Below, piece after piece: positions 13,986 to 26,379 of a stretch of DNA of 64,000 nucleotides. This DNA is from Pecten maximus. Lineage: Eukaryota. Location: contig NC_047020.1 of NCBI RefSeq assembly GCF_902652985.1, positions 11,222,001 through 11,286,000 on the forward strand. The letters are read 5' to 3'. The position numbers and the translations under genes are program-made. The notes below the pieces were generated by a model, which was not told where the DNA came from, did no database searches, and worked only from the letters and a program-made list of their open reading frames with translations. Position 1 is the first letter of the stretch; the number at the start of each line of letters is the position of its first letter.

Positions 13986-15115
13986 TCGACCCCGACATAC
14001 GTGGTCTTGTTTCAATAATTCGATGTTAATATAATTCCTATTTTGTTATGGTATCCCTCTACTACACAATGTTAAACACACAATGTTAAACAGGTCAGCG
14101 ACTTTGTACAATAAGCATATTTTGTATATTTAACATATTAAGAGTTCCGTTCTCAAGACAACAATTATAGGTTTTGCAATGATGATATTTCGATAAAGAA
14201 GCTTCAAAAGCTTGTCATGTACCCTAAGGTCACTGTAACTCCTCCATACTCTACATAGTGAACTATAAAAACATTGACAATTGAAACGAGTATGCTATCA
14301 ATTATATTTAAAGAAATGAGTATTTTATAAATTATATTTAATGACATGATATGTAAGTAAAATGAATGTGAAAAAAATTTGAATGATGTGTGCAAGCCCT
14401 CCTGTGAGAGGACATATTTGTAATATATTAACATGTTTTGCCTAAATAAAAAGATATTTAAAAAATTGAATGACGTGTGAAAGCCCTTCTGTGAGAGGAC
14501 ATATTTGAAATATATATTAACATTTTGGCCTAAAGAAAAAGATATTAATAAAAGTAAATTGAAACGTAAAATGATCTCGGTCTTTAAAGGAAATTTCTAA
14601 CCCATTAAAAGTCAGTCGGATGTGAATATTGAGATATTTTGCTTGTGAAATTTTGTTTACGAAAACATCAGTTTAAATGCCTGATTTCATTTCAGTATAA
14701 ACACCACGACATACGAAGTTGTCGAACTGATGCATCATTGAATACACGTGTTTCCCTACCAAAATCGTAAGTATTGGTCATGTTAGATGGTAGGTGGATT
14801 TAAGGAACGTATCTTCAGTGTATAAGATGTAATCGTATTGATGAAATGTCAACAAGATAATTTGATATGCCACACAGGAGTTTCAGTGTTAAACAATGAC
14901 TTTGTTATGACCGGTACCTTCCTTAATTAATATCCCAATAAAGCTCTCTTTGATTTCTTGTATTCTTTCTTTTTATGGTGAGTAGGGCAAGATTCCCACT
15001 AAATAAACGTTGGTTATTTCTATATCATGGAAATCGCTGAACAGAAGGGAGAATGTTTTATTTGTTACTTTAGTTTACCGATTAGATAAACGATATGTGC
15101 TTCTTGTCTGATTTA

Positions 15116-15780
15116 TAAGGAGCCCTTTGTCTGACATGCCACACACTTATTTTATTGCGTTTAATCGAAATGTTAATTCGTTTTATCGAAATGTTATTTC
15201 ATTTTATCGAAATAATAATTCGTTTTATCGAAATGTTTTTTCGTTTTATCGAAAAAATTATTCGTTTAATCGAAATGTTATTTCGGTTTATCGAAATAAC
15301 AATTCGTTTTATCGAAATACCATTTTGTCTTGTAGTCTTCATGTTTTGTCGTGGCGGATTCTGGTTTGGAGCTGTTGAAACATTATTTCTCATTTGGGTT
15401 AAAGCATGATGAAATTTGGTGGATCTTAAATCATAAACATGGATTTAGCCTCAGTAGTAGACAGCTGATACGGATATTGCACAGTGAAGGTTTGTACAGG
15501 TATAAACATGGACCAGACGTTATGGACGTTGTAGATTTTATACAATCTGAACATAAGGGATGTGGAATAATGCATGGATATCACTGGATGTATATAAAAA
15601 AAGTTATGGGATAAATGCAAGGAAGGAAGAAGTAATCATTAGTATAAGTATTTTGGACCCAAAAGGAACCGAACTTCGCCGAAAACGATTTTATTGTTCA
15701 AAAGGACCAAATTAGATATGGCATTTTGATTCTTATGACAAGCTGCGTCCATATAGAATTTGCATCAACAGATGTCTTAA
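15116..15780 (+). mobile_element. Truncated IS3EU-like (IS3/integrase-type DDE) DNA transposon relic
   Basis: ORF 15351-15614 (HYFSFGLKHDEI...HGFSLSSRQLIRIL...GCGIMHGYHWM) continues through frameshifts and stops as 'LDPKG' and 'KGPN*IWHFDSYDKLRPY.ICIN.C', the GPN..WH.D..DKL motif of this transposase family. Upstream is a subterminal ~21-bp CGTTTTATCGAAAT array (15157-15318) and a terminus-like TAAGGAGCCC...GACATG. Confidence 0.65.
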
Positions 15781-15804
15781 CAATAATAATTTGGGTTAAA
15801 GTAC

Positions 15805-16125
15805 CGTAGAACAGTAGGTCAAAGTCAAAGTGATCATTTGATCAAACTGTGTGGCCATTTATCCCAGCAGGCTACAGGCCCAATATCAGTCCTCATGGTC
15901 TCTTGGATATTGAAAAGAAGTTAAATATTGCAGCCTATTTGGCTACTATGATCTTTAATAAATGTAAATGGCATTCATTTGAACAAACTTGGTAGCCCCT
16001 TGTTCAAGAATGGTACGGTTCAATATCATCTTCGGAGCTTTACATCTATTGAGAAGTCGAAATGTAAATTGTTTAAGTACGCACGACGGACGGACAAAGA
16101 ACGATTAGATCACTTGAGACTTAAC
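15805..16125. mobile_element. Helentron/HINE-like fragment
   Basis: Repeated ATTCATTTGAACAAACTTGGTAGCCC-like module followed by AATGTAAATTGTTTA...GCACGACGGACGGAC, matching 61850-61890. Confidence 0.5.
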
Positions 16126-18019
16126 GATTTTTTTTCTCCAAGATAGCAGTCACGTCGGATTTCAAAACAGTTTGATAAAATACCAACACTTGGTAAGGAC
16201 CATTTCAGGATCGTTTCCAAATAGGTTCAAGATAACTTTCTCCAGTAGAACATAAAAAGAATTTTCATCGGTGTTATTCCGGCAAACATTGATTACGCAA
16301 CCATGTTATAAGATGGCCAAAAATAACACTTTACTTTATTACCTACCACTTTCCAGATCAAATGCATAAGTGGAACTCGGGAAGTTTAAAATATGTTTTC
16401 CAGCATGGCAGTTTTAGCTGCCATCTTGGATTTTAGAAAAATGACAGGTCAGGTAAATTTGAGCGTAATTCCACTGGTGGAACTTTAGAGGCTTAAAAGA
16501 TTGCACAATCATGTTAAAAGTGGTCGCTCTGGCTGTCATCCTAAACATTCCAACCAATCTGATCATGTGAGGAAATAGATATGTTAATACTAAAGTGATC
16601 GTGTTGATTGGTGACAACACACACTAAACAAATGTTAAAAGGCGGAAGATGGACCAAGGATGAAGGGCCATTTGTATACCACGACATCTCATGATGGTGG
16701 CTCTAATATGACCTTGATGTAACAGCAGGGACTGGAATGTTTCACTTAAAAAATATGAATTTTTGGATTCTGCCGGTATTGCTATGGACGATAAGATCTT
16801 TTTTGTATCATTAACACACCGCAAAATCATTCCAGTATAATAAGAAGTCATGGGATGAAAAGACAAAATAAGCTGATTTCGTTAAATCACAAGCATAGAC
16901 AAACAAGATTGATTTCCATTTTTTATTAATACAGATCAGTTGAAAATAAATTTGAAATAAAACATCTACTTGAAGCAGGTTGGAAAAGGACTATCATACT
17001 TTCTGTTCTCTTAGAATAATACAATGTTAAATGTACCTATACAATTTAGGTCAATCATTAAAATTTACATGCCATGCATATAAAGCTATCTTATGGGAAT
17101 TTATGAAACTTTGAGTCACTGACTTCCTCTTAAAGTGTCATTATGTACATTTGTATATTGTATACTTCCAAGTCACGTTATTTCTTTTGTACTTAAATAT
17201 CAATTAGAACACCACCATTCATTTGTGGCAAATGTGGCGAAACGGTGGCACGCGATATGAGCTGTTCCTCTGATTTTACATTCCAGAGAAATGTTTAGTT
17301 TTATAAGGGGTGGAAATGTATATATCAATATCCAACTGCATTCTGTGGTTCGTGTTTTATCTTCCTGTAATGCAGTGGGCGGTCGTTAAGCCGATAATAC
17401 GTAATGGAATGTAGTTTAAATTCCTAATATTGTGCTTTTACGCACGGATATCTTCTAACTAAACTCGTGTTTGCTCAGGGTAGGCGTGATCCGTTATAGA
17501 GGAATGGTGATACATCACACCGTTTAGAATTTATATAATTCATGTTTGTCTATTTGTCTTAATTATATTATAAGAGACAACACATAACAATGTTTCAATG
17601 TCAAAACAAATGTCAAAACAAATGTCAAAACTAAGAGCACTTTATTACTTCAATAATAAATTACTTAGTAGTTCCGACACAAGGGCGATACATCTCTCCC
17701 ACAACAATTCCTTATTACATGTACGTTTCAATATCTCGTTATAAACCATGATACTTGTATTAAATACAACAGTAAATTATAAAAATAAAATGAAATATAA
17801 ATAGATTTTGTATCAGATGTGGTAATATCAAAAAAGGGGCAAATATCATGATATCAGCTCCATACAAATAACAACATAACATTAACGTAAAATAAAAGTA
17901 CATAAACAACTTTAGATACTTGAGATATATTTTAGACATTGTAAACATTAATGTGTTTAGCTAGGTTAACAAAGTAGAGTAAACAAAACAGATAAACTTT
18001 TCCTCTTAAATATCTGGCT

Positions 18020-19139
18020 GCCTCTTACCATCATGTACGTAAAGCCACCTCTTACCATCATGTACGTGAAGCCACCTCTTACCATCATGTACGTGAAGCC
18101 ACCTCTTACCATCATGTACGTGAAGCCACCTCTAACCATCATGTACGTAAAGCCACCTCTTACCATCATGTACGTAAAGCCACCTCTTACCATCATGTAC
18201 GTAAAGCCACCTCTTACCATCATGTACGTGAAGCCACCTCTTACCATCATGTACGTAAAGCCACCTCTTACCATCATGTACGTAAAGCCACCTCTTACCA
18301 TCATGTACGTAAAGCCACCTCTTACCATCATGTACGTAAAGCCACCTCTTACCATCATGTACGTGAAGCCACCTCTTACCATCATGTACGTAAAGCCACC
18401 TCTTACCATCATGTACGTGAAGCCACCTCTTACCATCATGTACGTGAAGCCACCTCTTACCATCATGTACGTAAAGCCACCTCTTACCATCATGTACGTA
18501 AAGCCACCTCTTACCATCATGTACGTGAAGCCACCTCTTACCATCATGTACGTAAAGCCACCTCTTACCATCATGTACGTAAAGCCACCTCTTACCATCA
18601 TGTACGTAAAGCCACCTCTTACCATCATGTACGTGAAGCCACCTCTAACCATCATGTACGTAAAGCCACCTCTTACCATCATGTACGTAAAGCCACCTCT
18701 TACCATCATGTACGTAAAGCCACCTCTTACCATCATGTACGTAAAGCCACCTCTTACCATCATGTACGTGAAGCCACCTCTTACCATCATGTACGTAAAG
18801 CCACCTCTTACCATCATGTACGTAAAGCCACCTCTTACCATCATGTACGTAAAGCCACCTCTTACCATCATGTACGTGAAGCCACCTCTTACCATCATGT
18901 ATGTGAAGCCACCTTTTACCATCATGTACGTGAAGCCACCTCTTACCATCATGTACGTAAAGCCACCTCTTACCATCATGTACGTAAAGCCACCTCTTAC
19001 CATCATGTACGTAAAGCCACCTCTTACCATCATGTACGTAAAGCCACCTCTTACCATCATGTACGTAAAGCCACCTCTTACCATCATGTACGTGAAGCCA
19101 CCTCTTACCATCATGTATGTGAAGCCACCTTTTACCATA
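18020..19139. repeat. 27-bp minisatellite, about 41 copies, in the TNFR 3' UTR
   Basis: Unit ATGTACGT(A/G)AAGCCACCTCTTACCATC with no indels. It starts about 34 nt after the TNFR stop codon; minus-strand AATAAA signals lie beyond it at ~17641-17646 and 16922-16927. Confidence 0.98.
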
Positions 19140-19172
19140 TGTTATGGGGGCAGTAGGTAAAAATCGTATGCT

Positions 19173-19696
19173 CTATGTTTTATTCTCAGCTCCTTTACTG
19201 CTTGATAGAGTCCCAGTTGCAGAGACTGATAGGATATCTGAGTAGGAAGTCCCTGTAGAACCTCTTTTTCCAATATTCCATCGGACAGGCGGATGGAACT
19301 CGTCTTCAGTAAAATAATGCATTAGCCCTGTCTCTAACGACAGTGCCGTCCCCGCTTGCTTCAAGTTTGTCTTTGTGACCTGAACTAAAGCACTGTTTGA
19401 TCTAATTATACGATCTGATGTTGAAGACCTTTGTTCTGTCAAATAGTCATTCAATAGGTTCCTGTGCATGTGTTGACTATCACATTTTTGTCTTAAAACT
19501 ATACAATCCTCACATGCTCCTATATTCCTATGGATGTGTGCAAAACAAAGACTGATCAACGCCAGGCAAACCAGTGTAATCACAGTACATGTTATGATAA
19601 ACAGGACCAGACTTTCAGGGTCTCCTTCAAACATTTTTACATGTGCAGGTGGCTCTACTGCACTGTCTCCAGGTATACCTGTAGTGCTGCCGACAC
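19173..19696 (-). CDS. TNFR exon 4 (stalk, transmembrane helix, cytoplasmic tail)
   Basis: Acceptor tgtttcag|GTGTC is in frame with ORF 19173-19634; hydrophobic TM segment; TAG stop at 19175-19173. Confidence 0.85.
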
Positions 19697-22600
19697 CTGA
19701 AACATACCACGCAAAGTTTTAATGGGGTGCGAATGTGACGACGAAGAACAACATATGAAGAATGAGCTATCATTTAAAGGTTCTTAGTCCTTTCCGTTTT
19801 TAGGGAAGGTATTCACAAGTAAAATATCACCTGCAAACAATATTAAACATGCAAGAACAACTAATATTTGCTACACCATTATAATGAATATAGTAGTCAA
19901 GAACAGAGTCCTTTCAGAAGCCTTAATATTGCCAGTAACTGAAAACGAATTTCAAATGAAAGATTTCTGAAAATACCCACAATCCAACTGGTGCTCGTTT
20001 ACCTACGTAAGATCACGATTTCAATGTGAGTGATAAATCATTCTGAGAAATGCTACAATCATGTAACTTTCCTCGATTAAACAATCACGTTCCTCTACTC
20101 GATTAAACAACCATGTTCCTCTACTCGATTAAACAATCACGTTCCTCTACTCGATTAAACAATCACGTTGCTCTACTTCCTCTACTCGATTAAACAATAA
20201 TGTTCCTCTACTCGATTAAACAATCACGTTCCTCTACTTGATTAAACAATAATGTTCCTCTACTCGATTAAACAATCACGTTCCTCTACTCGATTAAACA
20301 ATCACATTCCTCTGCTCGATTAAACAATAATGTTCCTCAACTTGATTAAATGATTATGTTTATCCCACAAATGCATGCTGGTATCAGTATTTGGAAACCA
20401 CCGGAAGTGATATAAGGGTCACGTGGTTAGGGTGAAGTAAGGTATCGGTCATGTGAATAATCTACCTGTGGCGTTGCTGACGTAGGCCAATGATCTGGTG
20501 ACAGCTGGCATACATATCCTAGATTGGTCAGGGTTCCGCTTACGACACTCCTCAATGATGATGACGCTAGAGAAGTTACCATCTATATCAGGGTAGCAGG
20601 GCGAACATGTGGCACATTCACCCGTGCTTTTCAAGCGAAACATTCCTGTAAACACATCACATAGTATATGTAATACGATATAACATTTTATCAAGAAATG
20701 ATGACAACACATTTCAGTAAATCATTGACGCACAAAATGTAAGACCGATCTTTTCTGAGGACATCACTTAGTTACAGGTAAGACCAATCCTTTCTGTGGA
20801 CATCACTTAGATACAGGTAAGATCGAACCTTTCTGTTGACATCACTTAGTTACTAGCAAGATCGAACTTTTTTGTGGACATCACTTAAGTTTCAGGTAAG
20901 ATCGAACCTTTCTGTAAACATCACTTAGTTACAGGTAAGATCGAACCTTTTTGTGGACATCACTTAGTTACAGGTAAGTCCAATCCTTTCTGAAGACATC
21001 ACTTAGTTACAGGTTAGATCGAACTTTTCTGAGGACATCAATTATACAATAAGTTACAGGTAAGATCGAACCTTTCTGTTGACATCACTTAGTTACAGAT
21101 AAGATCGAACCTTTCTGTGGACATCACTTAATTACAGGTAAGATCGAACCTTTCTGTGGACATCACTTAGTTACAGGTAAGACCAATCCTTTCTGTTGAC
21201 ATCACTTAGTTACAGGTAAGATCGAACCTTTTTGTGGACATCACATAGTTACAGGTAAGATCGAACCTTTTTGTGGACATCACTTAGATACAGGTAAGAT
21301 CGAACCTTTTTGTGGACATCACTTAGTTACTGGTAAGATCGAACCTTTCTGTGGACATCACTTAGTTACTGGTAAGATCGAACCTTTCTGTGGACATCAC
21401 TTAGTTACTGGTAAGATCGAACCTTTCTGTGAACATCACTTAGTTACAGGTAAGATCGAACCTTTCTGTGGACATCACTAAGTTAGAGGTAAGACCAATC
21501 CTTTCTATGGAAATCACTTAGTTACTGGTAAGATCGAACCTTTTTGTGGACATCACTTAGATACAGGTAAGACCAATCCTTTCTATGGAAATCACTTAGT
21601 TACAGGTAAGATCGAACCTTTTTGTGGACATCACTTAGTTACAGGTAAGGCCAATCCTTTCTATGGAAATCACTTAGTTACAGGTAAGATCGAACCTTTC
21701 TGAAGACATCACTTAGTTACTGGTAAGATCGAACCTTTCTGAGGACATCACTTAGTTACATGTAGGTAATACCAACCTTTCTGTGGACAACACTTATTTA
21801 GAGTAGAGGTAAGACCAATCCTTTCTGAGGGCAATACTTAGTTACATGTAAGATCGAACTTTTCTGAGGACATCAATTATACAATAAGTTACAGGTAAGA
21901 TCGAACCTTTCTGTAAACATCACTTAGTTACAGGTAAGATGGAACCTTTCTGTAAACATCACTTAGTTACAGGTAAGATGGAACCTTTCTGTAAACATCA
22001 CTTAGTTACAGGTAAGATGGAACCTTTCTGTGGACATCACTTAGCTACAGGTAAGACTGAGCTTTTCTAAAGACATCACTTAGTTACAGGTAAGATCGAA
22101 CATCACTTAGTTACAGGTAAGATCGAACATCACTTAGTTACTGGTAAGATCGAACCTTTCTGAGGACATCACTTAGTTACATGTAGGTAAGACTGAGTCT
22201 CGAGTTTTCCAATACATTTTACTGCCATATTTGTAATGATTTTATCTTGTTCATACGACTTAAATCTATTTGGTTTCCTCTAAATAATGGCACGGATAAG
22301 CTTTCGTATGATTGTGTTCATGATACCGGACGAGATCCTACGTGACACGTGCGTTATATTACAGATATGGCAGCGAAATGATTAGAAAAACGGAGTTGAA
22401 TCATAAAACTTTTCGATCCGCTTGTTTATATATGTTACAGGTCAGGTATGTCGAAAAATGATCGATGGTTAGATACATGTGTGTTTACTGTCCACACAAC
22501 GGTATTGAATAGTTGCAACATACACTGACACCCCCACCCCGGCTCTCCACATCCACTTTTCTACCACGGAAAAGAGCTCTTATTTTAGTCGGCCAAAACA

Positions 22601-25600
22601 CTTGACAACCCCCACTGTGTTATACCTACCTGGCCTACACTCCCCACAAACGGTATCAGAAGTCGAGTTACACATCTGTACTAATACTTCACCGGGACGA
22701 CATTCCGAACATTTACGGCAGAAAAACAGATTTCTGAGTTTAGAAAATGTTCCTCTAGGACATCCGTTACACCGGGTGTCCCTTGCATGCGTGCAGCTGG
22801 ACTTGACATAGGATCCTGGTAGACATTTGGTACATGGTTTACATGTTCCCTCCGTGTAATATGTCCCTTTCGGACACCGACACTGTGCTCTGTCAATATT
22901 CCTACAGTTACGTGCCTGCTTGCTTCTTCGTCGACAATGTTTACATGGCCGACACCGTTTGGCGTTGTTAGAGGCATACGTTCCCGGGCGACATGGTTCA
23001 CAATGGGTGTCCCTGACCTTTGTACAGTGAGCTAGCAGATTATATCCAGGTTTACAGTCCGAACACTGCCTGCATACTTTGTCTCCTTTAAGAGAGATGT
23101 CCAAATAATGTCGTTTTGGACATGATTCTTCGATCAAGTGGCGTCCCTGAAAAAACAAAATAATGAGCGAGTTACCTATACAATATAAACCTCACACACT
23201 ACAATATACGTATTACTAGGTATGCAATGGCATGGAGCATAAATTTTGTCTTTTTATTACGTATGTGATACAGATTGTAATTGTTCACACAAGGTACAAT
23301 CTGTTCAAATATGCTGCCCATTCTTAAGTACATTTATTGGTACAATTAACACTCGTATACAATGCGTATGCTTTTATATCTGTACGTGCAAACATATCCA
23401 TGGATGTGAACTACCGGTAACGGAGGGATGGTTTTAGAGCCGAGATCAAACATATCCATTGATGTGAACTACCGGTAACGGAGGGATGGTTTAAGAGCCG
23501 AGGTCAAACATATCCATTGATGTGAACTACCGGTAACGGAGGGATGGTTTTAGAGCCGAGGTCAAACATATCTATTGATGTGAACTACCGGTAATGGAGG
23601 GATGGTTTAAGAGCCGAGGTCAAATACACCCATTGATGTGAACTACCAGTAACGGAGGGATGGTTTTAGAGCCGAGGTCAAACATATCCATTGATGTGAA
23701 CTACCGGTAATGGAGGGATGGTTTAAGAGCCGAGGTCAAACATATCCATTGGTGTGAACTACCGGTAACGGAGGGATGGTTTTAGAGCCGAGGTCAAACA
23801 TATCCATTGATGTGAACTACCGGTAACGGAGGGATGGTTTTAGAGCCGAGGTCAAACATATCCATTGATGTGAACTACCGGTAACGGAGGGATGGTTTTA
23901 GAGCCGAGGTCAAACATATCCATTGATGTGAACTACCGGTAACGGAGGGATAGTTTTAGAGCCGAGGTCAAACATATCCATTGATGTGAACTACCGGTAT
24001 CAGAGGGATAGTTTTAGAGCCGAGGTCAAACATATCCATTGATGTGAACTACCGGTAACGGAGGGATGGTTTTAGAGCCTAGACATTTATGATGAAATAT
24101 ACAGCTCCAGTATACACTTGATATGACGTCATCAAATTTTGTAAAAAAGTACGTGATCAAATTTTGTGAAAATTCTTAATCAATAGTGAAGTCGTACGTG
24201 ATCAACGTCGTGGTGAATATAGAGATCTGAAGTGTTTAAATCATATCATTGTAAAAAACAAGAAAGGAAACTTATGTGGATTCTTAGAAACAATTCTAAC
24301 GCATTAATTGCTTTCAGATGGGCCGCATTATTTTTTTTACAAATTATTATCAAAAAGTACCTAGGTTTTAACACAATGGGGTTTTTCATTTGGGTGTTTT
24401 ACTTTTTTCCCCGAACTTAATCATTTCAGAAAGTGAAAGTAGAGACGGTGACACATATACCTTTGGGAATGTCTTTAAGCTATCTACATATTTATCAAAT
24501 CTACACGACGTCATCACCGGACATATGTATTTTAGGTATTTCTAAACCTATATAAGTATTGTGTGTTTTTATCCAGGAAGCTCTTGGTGGCATAAGATTA
24601 AACGGGAAGAAATACCTGTTTCTTTAGAGCTGCAGTAAATGATTGACTGGATATCCAATGCGTTATTATGTTTTAAGACACTTCATTGTATAACATGTGA
24701 ATCAGTGTATAAAAAAGATGACAAAACACCGGAAATAATTACAATGTTTTATTGTTATCATCTTGTCTGACTTCCTAGTAGAGAACGCTTACAAACGTCT
24801 GTTTATAACTATTGAATTCTCGTCTTGCTTCGTCGAAACAAAAAACACCGTACATGTACTGTAGGCTTTACAATTTAATACAGATGGCTGACGATCACAT
24901 CGATGGTGTTTTATTTAACAATTTGAAACGAGCGCACCAACACACGATTACTGTTTATTCTAAAATAAACGACATTTAAAAGCTGTCGTTGTTTGCTATT
25001 TATAGCACATTATTAACTGGTACACGCTCTATAATCTAAGTAGGTCAAGATGACGGACGTGTGTTATTTCTGTATATTACGATCGGAAATGTACTTTGCC
25101 GCAAGTACATTGTACACATATACATGTGCATTAAAAAGGAAAGAAAATGGCCAACCTCCGCTGTCCGTAATCTGAGTATACTTCAGGTGTACACATTACA
25201 TTACCACGTATATATATATATATATAGACCGTACATCACATATAGCGACTGGTGTCGATATCTATATATATCTATTACCTCTACTGTCCAACTTCACAAC
25301 TCAAAAATTGTAAACAACATCGCTCATAACCAAGCAGTTGGTAAGATTCACGTGCGCGGCGCACACATACACCCTCACACAGACAAAGGATGTACACTGT
25401 AACAGACCAACATATCATGTATTACTGTACCAAAACTTACCTTGGTATGGTAAACATTATTACCTTGGTATAGTAAACATTTACCTGAGTATAGTATTAC
25501 TTTGGTATAGTAAACATTTACCTGAGTACAGTATTACCTTGGTATAGTAAACACTCACCTGAGTACAGTATTACCTTGGTATAGTAAACACTCACCTGAG

Positions 25601-25749
25601 TACAGTATTACCTTGGTATAGTAAACACTCACCTGAGTACAGTATTACCTTGGTATAGTAAACACTTACCTGATTACCTTGGTATAGTAAACACTTACCT
25701 GAGTACAGTATAAAGTCATGGTGACAACGGTGACGACCAGTGTTATCAT
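19173..25749 (-). CDS. TNF receptor superfamily member (about 423 aa; signal peptide, 5 CRDs, TM, no death domain); join of 25749-25699, 23146-22630, 20645-20466, 19696-19173
   Basis: Four exons with GT-AG boundaries and compatible phases (0,1,1): 51+517+180+524 = 1272 nt. Five six-cysteine TNFR-type repeats (C..G.Y/F...C..C..C...C....DT.C), a Ser/Thr/Pro/Gly stalk, and TM 'LVLFIITCTVITLVCLALISLCF'. Confidence 0.88.
20072..20350. repeat. 26-bp minisatellite, about 10 copies (TNFR intron 3)
   Basis: Unit CTCGATTAAACAATCACGTTCCTCTA. Confidence 0.93.
20466..20645 (-). CDS. TNFR exon 3 (fifth CRD and start of stalk)
   Basis: Acceptor gtttacag|GAATG, donor ACAG|GTAGAT, 180 nt, phase 1-1. Completes 'CRPGMF...CATCSPC...C...C'. 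Confidence 0.85.
20739..22195. repeat. 39-bp minisatellite, about 37 copies (TNFR intron 2)
   Basis: Unit GTAAGATCGAACCTTTCTGTGGACATCACTTAGTTACAG. Confidence 0.96.
22630..23146 (-). CDS. TNFR exon 2 (cysteine-rich domains 1-4)
   Basis: Acceptor tttgttttttcag|GGACGC, donor CCAG|GTAGGT, four TNFR_c6-like repeats. Confidence 0.92.
23389..24079. repeat. 58-bp minisatellite, about 12 copies (TNFR intron 1)
   Basis: Unit CAAACATATCCATTGATGTGAACTACCGGTAACGGAGGGATGGTTTTAGAGCCGAGGT. Confidence 0.96.
25436..25711. repeat. 37-bp tandem repeat (about 7 copies) spanning the TNFR exon 1/intron 1 junction
   Basis: Sense-strand unit TACTGTACTCAG|GTGAGTGTTTACTATACCAAG|GTAA; the first copy includes the last exon-1 codons. 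Confidence 0.93.
25699..25749 (-). CDS. TNFR exon 1 (signal peptide MITLVVTVVTMTLYCTQ)
   Basis: ATG at 25749, hydrophobic 17-aa peptide, donor CAG|GTAAGT, phase 0 matching the exon 2 acceptor TTTTCAG|GGA. Confidence 0.75.
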
Positions 25750-25813
25750 GGTTCTTCATAGTTTGGTGGATATCTCATCAGAAAAGGAGCTAGTTTCCAC
25801 GAACAGCATGAAA

Positions 25814-25826
25814 CTGGAATTTCCAG
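25814..25826. promoter_or_regulatory. Candidate NF-kB-like site upstream of the TNFR start
   Basis: CTGGAATTTCCAG is a near-palindrome; TGGAATTTCC is one mismatch from GGGAATTTCC and lies 65 nt upstream of the ATG. Confidence 0.35.
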
Positions 25827-26379
25827 ATACATGTAGGCTATTTTAGGCCGATCAGTAGAGCATGACTAACTCGAATGCATATTAAAGTTACGTGGCTCTA
25901 AATTTAGTTTATCGCTAGAGCAGAACGTCTCTCTTCTCTCTGTCTGTCTGTCTGTCTGTCTGCCCCTCTCTCCCACTCTCTCTCTTAGTCTTTGTAGATA
26001 ATGATGTTGAGAATGAAAGAGTGATTCAGGATGCACATCAGACTTCTTCACCAAAAATAACAATAAAAACATTGTAAAAGTACTTATCTCGACTACATGG
26101 CAACTGCTTGGTATTCCAGTGGTTACGATACTTTCTAATGCCAAAGGAAGTGAATCTTACAGAAATGATTACTATTTAGATCAAGGGAATGGCATCAGTA
26201 CAAGATGTGTCATGACATCAGTGGCATTAATTGTAAGACATCTTTGCTACATTTCAATGATAAAGATTGATAATTGCTTTATTTAATGTCGACTAAATAT
26301 AACTGTTACAAATGTATGTCATTAATTGATTACCATTTCAACAACAGTTTGATGTATTGTCATTTATTATACAGCCAGT

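Noticed and set aside
18033-19160. (MYVKPPLTI)n as a byssal or adhesive Tyr/Lys/Pro protein gene
   Set aside because: No signal peptide or unique sequence, near-identical codons in every unit, and antisense to the TNFR 3' UTR. Not annotated as CDS; kept only as a hypothesis in the findings.
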